A stretch of DNA of 20,000 bases from Catajapyx aquilonaris (lineage: Eukaryota). The notes below the pieces were generated by a model that made no database searches, was not told the DNA's origin, and saw only the letters and a list, made by a program, of their open reading frames with translations. The stretch spans positions 51,856 to 71,855 of the forward strand of contig KZ539046.1 of the NCBI GenBank assembly GCA_000934665.2, in the 5' to 3' direction. Of the stretch, positions 12,340-20,000 are shown piece by piece; position 1 is the stretch's first letter, and each line of letters starts with the position of its first letter. The position numbers and the translations under genes are program-made.

Positions 12340-14413
12340 NCCCACCGCACCATCGCCCTAAGACGGCCCGAGCCTGATGCACTTGGAGCTGTTGGACGTT
12401 GCGTGCCGGACATTCGGCGATGGAGAACTCTGAAAGGCTAGAAAGGTCTCAGGAAGTTAGCATCCTCACTTATTCCTCGCCATCTCTTTGAAGTCCAGAA
12501 GTGCCACCATTTTGCCCTCGCTTGGAACTCTATCGCATTGAGGGCGATGGTTTTTTTAAACCGTCAGTGGCGATGGATGACACATGGCTCTGGTCATACA
12601 CATAGTGCTCTGACTTGTCCCAAAATCGAAATCAAGCTCCTGTGTTGTCCATCTCCGAGTGTCCCGCATGCAGCCAACTACAGCTCCAAGCGAGTCAAGC
12701 TCGGGCTGTCTCAGGGAGATGGTGCGGTGGCGGGGGGTGGGGGTGGGGTCACATTTCCCCTTTGTTTCCCCACCCCCACACGAAATGGGCGACATTTATA
12801 TGCCAGATAAAATTGTAATCGCCTGATCTTTAAAACTCAGCACATGTCATCTCTGTATATGTGTTACCGTTTTTGAATATATAAAAAATATGCTCAATGA
12901 CTTATGAATCAACCCTCGTATTACTAGTAATAGGGAATATTGATTACACTAGGTAGGTTAACAGTATTTTTTTATTTATTTTACCCCGTGCTCGAGCCTT
13001 CGGCTCGTCTTGGGGGGAAGGGGAAAGTTCCCAAGGGGGGGGGGGGGGGNGGGGGGGGGGGGCATCCTCGGTTTATAGTCATTATCGACTCTTTCAAATA
13101 CACCAGACCTTTTCTCTGGCCCCGGGCAGCTAAGGGAGTGCAATGCTGCCCCGGCGTGTCGGGTGAAAAGCGGAAAAAGACCCGGCCAAGCAGAGGTGAC
13201 GGGGACGGGATTTGAACCCCGGCCTCCCGCTTGGCTAGCCAGCGGCGTAACCACTAGACTACCACGCCTCCCTAGGTAGGTTAACAGTATTCAGATTCGT
13301 CAATTTTTTTTTTATCTAATTTAGGTTGGAATTAGAAAAATATCCTGGCATGTTGTCACTGATGGGGAATTAAACTGAATATAGGATATGGTGTCTTATA
13401 GCTTACGGCAGGGAAATCTGAAGAAAAAACTTTCAGAACAGAGAAGTGGTAAAGAATGATACTTACAAATTGGTTACAAAATGCTTCAAAGAGCTTCTCA
13501 AGCGGGTCCTGCTTCTTCATCGCCACTGTCATCCTCATGTTGCCATCCTGTCCTTGGACGTTGAAATGCATGTACTCTAACTTAGACCCGAAGGCATGCT
13601 GCGGAGGAATAAGTGGGAAAATATAACAACAGTGTAGTCAGCAATGTGGATGTTTACTCTCAGCAAAGCAAAAAGCAAGTGCACATCAACGATAAAATGC
13701 TCTACCAACAATATAACCTCTGACAGAGGAGACATAGATCAAAAGACATCAATATGATTGTATAAGTCCACGACTATATTGCTATACTGCTTGTATGACT
13801 ACATTTTCGGTTTGTACCTTGAAATATTGACGGATATGTCCTTCTTTAGATGATGCACCATCCACTTGGATGACGGCCTGGATTGTGTCTCCGTCCTGCA
13901 TGCCCAAGGAGGCAGGGGTATCACTCCCAGATATTTGGTGTCCATTATACAGGAAATTTACATCAGACAGGCGCAGCCCCTGGAAATTGATAACATCATA
14001 ACAATTCCCAAAGTAACATTCCATGCAGTGTTGAGCAAGCTATATATGACAACACAACATCCTCAGGCTATTAGGTTCCAGTGTACAAATAATTCATAAG
14101 TAAAAGATCATAGAGATGAAGCTTACTGACCCAACTGACACACAATCTTGCCATCAGGCTCTCAATCTCCTTCTGCTTCCTCGTCCTCTTATGTGACATC
14201 AGGGCAGTATTGCCATCTTTCAGTTGTATGATTAGCTCGATGCAATCCACGAGAGGCATCAAGTCATCCTGTGGATGGAGTGAGGGAAAATATAACACAA
14301 CAATCACGCTTAGTCCGTATATGTTCATCAGTGTTCATCACCTGATGCTGGGCCGGAGTTGCCTCATCATGATGTCGTTGGCCATCATCGCTGCCTCCAG
14401 TCGACGGGTCCAT
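11347..14413 (-). CDS. Spliced 7-exon gene encoding a ~290-aa protein with three tandem SUMO-like (beta-grasp) domains and no C-terminal GG
   Basis: Hand-assembled exons 14413-14342, 14268-14131, 13979-13818, 13598-13467, 12012-11902, 11729-11604, 11478-11347. All have GT..AG boundaries, all lengths are multiples of 3 and there is no internal stop. Start codon is in a gccATGG context with an upstream in-frame TAG. SUMO-family motifs recur three times: (G)QDG/KDG, Y/F/L-C at the end of helix 1, F-L/M-F/Y-NG-x-Q-I/V, TPASLGM(Q/E)(D/E)(G/E)D-x-I. Confidence 0.88.
11604..11729 (-). CDS. Exon 6, SUMO-like domain 3 N-half ([42 protein letters not shown])
   Basis: Acceptor tccaatcatag; donor CGG|gtcggt; 126 nt; GQDG, KLKTTT (cf. 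SUMO1 KVKMTT) and YCELR (cf. YCQRQ/YCERQ). Confidence 0.9.
11902..12012 (-). CDS. Exon 5, SUMO-like domain 2 C-half ([37 protein letters not shown])
   Basis: Acceptor atatttctag; donor CAG|gtgaga; 111 nt; SUMO C-half motif. Confidence 0.92.
12148..12918. mobile_element. Mariner-type non-autonomous foldback MITE (771 bp) in intron 4
   Basis: TA|CGAGGGTTGATTCATAAGTCATTG ... CAATGACTTATGAATCAACCCTCG|TA; imperfect inverted arms of ~280 bp (12148-~12428 vs ~12645-12918); this region is absent from the paralogous intron near 17105. Confidence 0.9.
12969..13271 (-). mobile_element. tRNA-derived SINE with 20-bp target-site duplication
   Basis: A box TAGTCTAGTGG (13261-13251), B box GGTTCAAATCC (13218-13208), A-rich tail near 12969-12982. 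TSD CTAGGTAGGTTAACAGTATT at 12949-12968 and 13272-13291. Confidence 0.9.
13467..13598 (-). CDS. Exon 4, SUMO-like domain 2 N-half ([44 protein letters not shown])
   Basis: Acceptor ttattcctccgcag; consensus donor TTT|gtaagt; 132 nt; resembles SUMO2/3 '[35 protein letters not shown]'. Confidence 0.92.
13818..13979 (-). CDS. Exon 3, SUMO-like domain 1 C-half plus linker ([54 protein letters not shown])
   Basis: Acceptor aatttccag; clear SUMO C-half motif. Donor AAG|gtacaa at 13818; an alternative in-frame donor CAA|gtggat would end the exon at 13866. Confidence 0.88.
14131..14268 (-). CDS. Exon 2, SUMO-like domain 1 N-half ([46 protein letters not shown])
   Basis: Pyrimidine-rich acceptor ttttccctcactccatccacag; donor TGG|gtcagt; 138 nt; pattern I-x-L-x-I-Q-x-x-DG...L-M-x-x-L-C fits the SUMO beta1-beta2-alpha1 segment. 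Confidence 0.8.
14342..14413 (-). CDS. Exon 1 (leader [24 protein letters not shown])
   Basis: gccATGG Kozak context; 72 nt; donor CAG|gtgatg; 73-nt phase-0 intron ending tccacag. No homology support, so this is the least certain exon. Confidence 0.6.
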
Positions 14414-14885
14414 GGCCAGACGTTGGGCCAGAGTGTATACCGGGGCAGAAGAAAGAGACAGAAGAACTGACCTGGAAATGTTCTATTCCGTTTGACAGCA
14501 CGACAGAATCCGATGCTGGTTGTGCGGGGGTTGCCACATCGGAACATAATCAGACACCTGGCAATACTGTTCTAATACTCAGCTTTATTTTTTAATTAAT
14601 TAAGGCTACCCATCCATACATGGCTAATTTAGCTTTTGTAAGTTTCTAAAAAGGAAATTGCGGTGGTTCATTGCAGCGTTGCCACGTCCATTCCGAAATG
14701 GCCGTTGGAAGGCGGGAGTTTCAAGTGATGGTCATGAATGGTGACATGAATTACATCTATTTTATTATTACAGATTATGACCAGATATCTCAAGTTAATT
14801 AGGAAACATAGTGGCCCAGGTCTGGAGTTGTTCCAGTATTTGGTGCTGTGTAAATGACATTAACCTCTAGGAGCTACATATATAG

Positions 14886-15071
14886 CAGTGGTTCTTGAGT
14901 GGTTCCCAACCTTTTTCGGGTCGCGACCCCCATTTATGATAGTAAAATAACCTGCGACCCCCCCCCCCCCCCCGCCGAGTGTTAGTAGGCGTTGAAAAAA
15001 AAACCTTTTGGTGATGTTTTAATTTATGAAAATTACCGCGGGCACGCGCGACCCCCAGGTTGAGAACCACT
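14886..15071. mobile_element. hAT (Charlie-like) MITE
   Basis: Termini CAGTGGTTCT / AGTGGTTCCCAACCT ... AGGTTGAGAACCACT with repeated subterminal GCGACCCC motifs; right terminal base and TSD are lost. Confidence 0.7.
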
Positions 15072-15387
15072 TTTTTGTCCGAACAGTTATCGGAAAATTG
15101 CGCGTAGCTGCTACTTTTTTAGCAGTGACTTGCAAACGATGATTTTTCGGAGGAACGGGAATATTCCCTGCGAATCGTAGACTGTTGAAGTGGCATACTT
15201 GCTGCCCACTGAAAATTGAGGGTCAAGCCTGGAAAAAAGAGGGTCACACATGCCATGGGATGTGTGACCCTCTTTTTCCCATTCCCCATTCCCCCGACAA
15301 ATCACCGGTTGCAAGTCACTGCTTAAAAAGTAGCAGCTACGCGCAATTTTTCGATAACTGTTCGGACAAAAAAGATTAGACACCCTG
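15071..15387. mobile_element. Left-truncated Tc1/mariner MITE with long inverted arms and a central hairpin
   Basis: Right end ...GATTAGACACCCTG|TA (CAGGGTG terminus). Arms 15071-~15143 vs ~15300-15373. Central palindrome AAAAAGAGGGTCACACAT-n8-ATGTGTGACCCTCTTTTT (~15233-15277). Confidence 0.75.
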
Positions 15388-15696
15388 TATAGCATAATCA
15401 AGGTTCAAGAAACTAATAAAAACCGGTGAATTTAGGTATCCAAAGAAAAATCGTCCGCATTTTTAGCAACATTTTATTTGAATTATTCCGAATATTAAAA
15501 ACAATGAACATACAGAACTTCTTGAAACCTGAGATCTTTGGTAGTGAGTGCTCGAAAACAAGGGAAGAAAAAACAAAAGTGATATTATATGGTATTCCTT
15601 CCAACAGTCGAGCACATCCTCTTTATCTTAATTGCCCTTCTTCAGTTCAGCTTCCACAAAACCTAGGGTTACAGCAGAGAGATTAGGACCTACGTA

Positions 15697-15796
15697 CTAT
15701 ATCGCCCAAAAAGATAGAGACGATTTTGCATTTGACTCAAGTGCAACTTGCACTTGAATCAAATGCCAATCGTCTCTATCTTTTTGAGCGATATAG
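15697..15796. mobile_element. 100-bp palindromic MITE with TA target duplication
   Basis: TA|CTATATCGCCCAAAAAGATAGAGACGATT...AATCGTCTCTATCTTTTTGAGCGATATAG|TA; near-perfect hairpin over its whole length; empty site 'gacctacatacacaataac' at ~11165-11183. Confidence 0.9.
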
Positions 15797-15968
15797 TACA
15801 CAATAACTGCAAAATCCATGATCAATAATAAATGCTGTACAAGTGGGTGATCCTCATTATTCATAGTTGGTATATACCAGTTTATTCCTAAACACTTTTA
15901 TGACAAGGTCCAACCAAATACTTGTTCAGGGTTTACCATTGATCACACACCCAAGCCGAACTACAAAC

Positions 15969-17042
15969 CTAGGCAGCTGGAGCTTTTAAAATGAGAGTGT
16001 CAATGCGATCTTGTCCCTCATGTGTAAAGAGGTGGAAGTGTGCCATCATTGATATGCCGGGCATGGAACATGAAGAGAACCGTAGGCCTCAACAGCCCCT
16101 GAAAATAGATGACTTCATGAGTTCACAGCATTACTATTATTCCAATTGACTCTCACAAGTCACAAGTCGTTCTGGAAACCATTGTTTCAACCAAATCTGA
16201 CAATGTTACTTCAAATCTGAAAAAATAAGTGGAAGTATACTGACCTCGCAATACGGGTCCTTATCCATCAGGCAGGCATGGTTCGCGGTCATCTTCACAT
16301 CTTATCTTATTTTATGCGTGAGGCCAGCATCCTGACAAAGCACATTCAAGATGATTCTCTCTGGCTCCATGTGATTCTGTGGTTGCCTGGTTGGAGTATA
16401 ATAATAATCCTATATAATAAAATAATAATCCTTGGGTAGTGCCTGACCCTCTTGGGGTATGCGGCACGGACCTTTATTGTCTCTTTATTGTACATGGTAC
16501 AGTGGGACCTCGATTTTTGAAGCGCCCGGGCCTGACAGGAGGGGATGTGCAAGGTGCAGTGCAATGTCTTGGGTGTAGTCGTTTTGTGAACTCCCCCGGG
16601 TGGTTTGTCTTATCGGAAATACCACCCGAGACGAAGCCAGAGACAGCCGAACTCTGCACGAGATGATGGGGTCCCAGGGCTGGGATCGAACCCGGGACCT
16701 TAACATCCGTGGGCGCATACATTACCGCAGCGCCACTTCACACAGTAGGCCCTATATAGAGAAAGAGAAATGCAAGTGGCCATAATGTGCTCTAAATTAT
16801 TTGTAGTCATGAACAATAGTAGCAGTATAATTATCATCCGCATGTAACAAGCGAGGAAATATTATTGAATTACTAATATATTTTGTTCCGCAGTTGTATG
16901 ACTTTCTGTACTTGTCACTCACACTCACCTGTATGATAGCCTGGACGTTGTCTCCCTCTTGCATGCCCAAGGAGGCAAAAGTGTCGGTTCCAAAAATACC
17001 GTGACCATTATGGAAGAAATGAACCTTGTGACTCAGCAGCCC
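15969..17042 (-). pseudogene. Pseudogenised partial duplicate of exons 5-7 of the tri-SUMO-like gene
   Basis: Exon 17042-16929 is intact ([38 protein letters not shown], donor gtgag). Exon 16376-16245 reads NHMEPERIILNVLCQDAGLTHKIR*DVKMTANHACLMDKDPYCE with TAA at 16304-16302. Exon 16098-15969 is 130 nt versus 132 nt (two 1-nt deletions) and ends in the same AAAGCTCCAGCTGCCTAG. Confidence 0.88.
16417..16750 (-). mobile_element. Second, unrelated tRNA-derived SINE with (ATT)n-like tail
   Basis: A box TGGCGCTGCGGT (16735-16724), B box GGTTCGATCCC (16692-16682), (ATT)n tail. Candidate TSD CCTATATA at 16409-16416 and 16751-16758. Absent from the paralogous intron 5 near 11740. Confidence 0.8.
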
Positions 17043-20000
17043 CTGGAAATTGGCAACATCATGAGATCATACCAAAAAGTCATGGAGCAAACTGAATGAT
17101 ACCACAATTATTAACTTAATATGTGTCACTGACAAGGAACTTATAAATAAACCTCAAGTAGGATAATATTATTGTGTCTTAGCCTGTGGCAGGGGAATCT
17201 GAAACTTCAGATCAGATGTGGTACCGTATATCACGCATCAGATGAAGGATTTGTTGTTGCCAAGTAGTCTATGTGTGCAGTAATCAGCAGGGTCTTCTTT
17301 TTGGCGTAATGTCGAATTAAATAATTTTAAGCTTTAACAGCAACTGCTACAACAAAACTCATTGACGTCGAAATATTTCCAAGAACTTTGATTCAAATTA
17401 TGTCGAATAAATTATTGATGATAGAGAGATGATAGTCGCGAATGTTCAATAAATCCACCATTTTGAAACTATAGTCCAGAAATACGATCGCACACTATAA
17501 TGGAAGAAGCAACCCGGCTGGTCGACACAGAGCTCCTATTATAACCGCTTTTTCCCAACGGGACACCGGGGGAAAATACAAAGTGATGTCAGAATAGAAA
17601 ATAATAGCATCTGTGCAGTTTTTTCCCCTAAACTGAAATTGTCGCCGCATTTTGAAAAGTGCGTCCAGAGGTCAACGATTGGTCCCCACTGCATCGGAGG
17701 GTAGAGAGAGTTAACGCTCTTTGCTATTTTTTTCATTTTTTTTTTGAAAATCCGGGAGGGGTGAGAGGGTTGAGGCTGAGAGTGAATGAGATGCGGGGGA
17801 ATGCATCACATTAGTGGGCTGCCAATCTCTGCCGCCTCTGACATGACTAATCCATCGGCCCTCCAATCAAAGGACCGGCTCTCTCCGGGACCGCGTCCGG
17901 AATATTCCAGGGAGACCTGTTTTGGGGTATATACTCTCCCCATCGCACCAAAATATGTGCAGGGGGAAGTCGCACCCCTCCCCCTCTCTAAAAAAAAGTG
18001 TGGTCTAATGTTTTGTCCGGCGTGGCCTGTCAAATTCAAAGTTCTAATTCATACATGGCCTCCTGAGTTTGCAAATCCTCATCAATAGGTTTTTCATTCC
18101 AGGATTTCAATTCCAGGTTGTCAGATGATGCCAAATTGGGAATGACATCTTCTTTGACGCTACAGGCTCTCAATCATCAAACTGCCCATGACGAATATTT
18201 TGGCGATATTCATGTGGGTCCATTTTTTTTTCTATTCGAGGCTGTCCGATATCTGGTTGAGCAGTCGGCTTGATAACAATTGCGGCCTGCATCTTTTTGC
18301 TGGCACGCTTGTATTGTTATGGAAATTTCGTCTGGAATATTATAGTGGCTCCGACCAACCGTACTTTTCTCACTTCCAGTTACTTGACGCTTTTTCCTCT
18401 GGCTCTCAAATTATTCTCGATGTCGTCTGAGAAGGCAGACAACGTGTTACAGGAGACTGCTTTGTAAAAGCCTGGGTAAATGAGCCGGGCAAATTGTGTG
18501 CCAGGATAGATATAAGTATTCATGTTGAGTGCACGGTTTTTTTTTCTAAGGCAGATTGAGATAAGTTACTCTCTTTAACTTGCAAATTGATCCAAAGTGG
18601 GTTTCAGTTCTGGAAGGGATTAAGGTGCATAATTTGGAAGCATGATGTTCATATAGATTTTAATGCTGGTGGTGGTGCCAATTTGCCTCTTGGTTTACAT
18701 AATCATTAGGTCACACACGGGTTATTTTAAGACACGAATTGCGTAACTGACTTTAGAGCTGAAATTCTTAGTAGAGCTATGTGAACAATCTTTCTACTGG
18801 AAAGAAAATTATTTTGACCAACATGCACTTGCTATTGACACATGGCTATAAAAAACAAAGTCATCGAACCCTGTAACGGATTCCTTGGTCAATCCGACGC
18901 TTCCAATAATGATGGGAAGGCTTTTGGAAAGGCTTGGAAAATTGAGGGGTGTCTGAAAAAGAGTGTGTCGACCTGACCGCCTCTATTTCGTCGCAGTTAT
19001 TCTCATGAAATTCCATTTGCGCCGTAATGGGATTTAGTGGCAAAGCGCGGAATGGTGCTTCTCGTGGGATTGACGCCAACTCCACGTTTGGTATAATATC
19101 AAGTCCTTCTTTTCTCACGATGCGATGGATTTACAGGGAGGCCAGGGCTGCAAGATTGACTCTCAACACTTTTCAAAATATGTTAGGCCCATTGTCATTT
19201 TGATCCAATTATGGAAGAAGCCAAAAAATTCAGGCTTGAAAATTCAACGTGTGTATATCATGTCGCTCCTTCCAGTTGGTTCTATTCTGAAAGGAAGATG
19301 CGCTTGATTACTCGGGCGCTTTTGTAGCCATAGACTCCGACACTGTTGCTAATGGATGGGAAAATCACCTTGTCTTCCTTCATTTTCACGCCTCACAAAC
19401 TCGTCCAACTAGCTTAATTGTGAAGCAATTAATTCCGATTTATGCATGAGTTTTCGCCTACTGGTGACTGAAGGATGAAAAGGTAGTTACCCTTTGTTGT
19501 ATATGTTATTAAAGTAAGTGCTGGTGACCTAGTCTTACTTGAAATTGTGGAAGCGAAAACTGATGTATAATAGTACATAGTAAGTTTATAACATGCTAGT
19601 GTAGACGCACTGGACAAACTGTGGCCTTTTTGGAAGAATTCAGCTACCAAAATGATTTTTAAATGCCATATTTTTTTTCTAACTGCTCCCACGCTTCGAT
19701 ACACCTGCACGACACCTCAGACACATCAAGGACCTTTTAAAGTCAAATCCCACAAAAAAGCACCCCTTCTTATTCCAGCAACATCCATCTACCCTTTTAA
19801 AAAATTACGGCCCAATTTGTGAATACAACCCGTTGTCATCACCCCTACCTGCAGGCAACCCACCTGACCACAAATCCCGCACGAGCGCCCCCACAGCTCA
19901 ACCACTCGAACCAATTACCCCTGATTGTTATCTGCCCTCATCCTCCTCGGACCCAATCAGTCAGCTCACAAGTCAAGTATCAATATTTAGGCACTGCAGG

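Larger units (their letters stand above)
15492..17223. repeat. Direct segmental duplication of ~10981-12088 plus ~13354-13451 (3' flank, exons 5-7, introns)
   Basis: Colinear shared blocks such as 'gagtgctcgaaaacaaggga', 'gattaggaccta', 'cctcaacagcccctgaaaatagat', 'aaaataagtggaagta', 'atgtgctctaaattatttgtagtcat'. Confidence 0.88.

Noticed and set aside
12313..13062. Long poly-C and poly-G runs as functional G-quadruplex elements
   Set aside because: Both lie inside TEs and each contains an N, so their lengths are unreliable.
13195..13271. tRNA gene
   Set aside because: A and B boxes are present, but the anticodon arm is irregular and the head continues into a body with an A-rich tail and TSD, so it is a SINE head. 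The same applies to 16675-16745.
11347..14413. Naming the gene SUMO1/smt3, NFATC2IP (NIP45/Rad60) or polyubiquitin
   Set aside because: Three domains, no terminal GG, no long acidic N-terminus, and repeats too divergent and intron-split for polyubiquitin; gene symbol left blank.
9794..15796. CRISPR array or other prokaryotic defence system
   Set aside because: No regularly spaced direct repeats with unique spacers; the repeats are microsatellites, TIRs and duplicated exons in a spliceosomal-intron context.

Overview
Eukaryotic, most likely invertebrate animal, genomic DNA with small GT-AG introns, tRNA-derived SINEs and Tc1/mariner and hAT elements. The ORF track shows only fragments because the main gene is spliced. 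By hand I assembled a 7-exon minus-strand gene, complement(join(11347..11478,11604..11729,11902..12012,13467..13598,13818..13979,14131..14268,14342..14413)). It encodes about 290 aa: a 24-aa leader plus THREE tandem, divergent SUMO-like domains, with no C-terminal di-glycine. Each domain is an N-half/C-half exon pair split at the conserved animal SUMO intron position (YCxRx|GL), and all introns are phase 0. Two more same-strand SUMO-like copies flank it. One is a pseudogenised partial duplicate (15969-17042; in-frame TAA and two 1-nt deletions). The other is a single-domain copy (9346-~9640) with one extra base in a homopolymer. The locus looks like a lineage-specific, birth-and-death cluster of poly-SUMO-like genes carrying several transposon insertions, some confirmed by empty sites in the paralog. 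I could not identify any gene in 1-9300 or 17230-20000.
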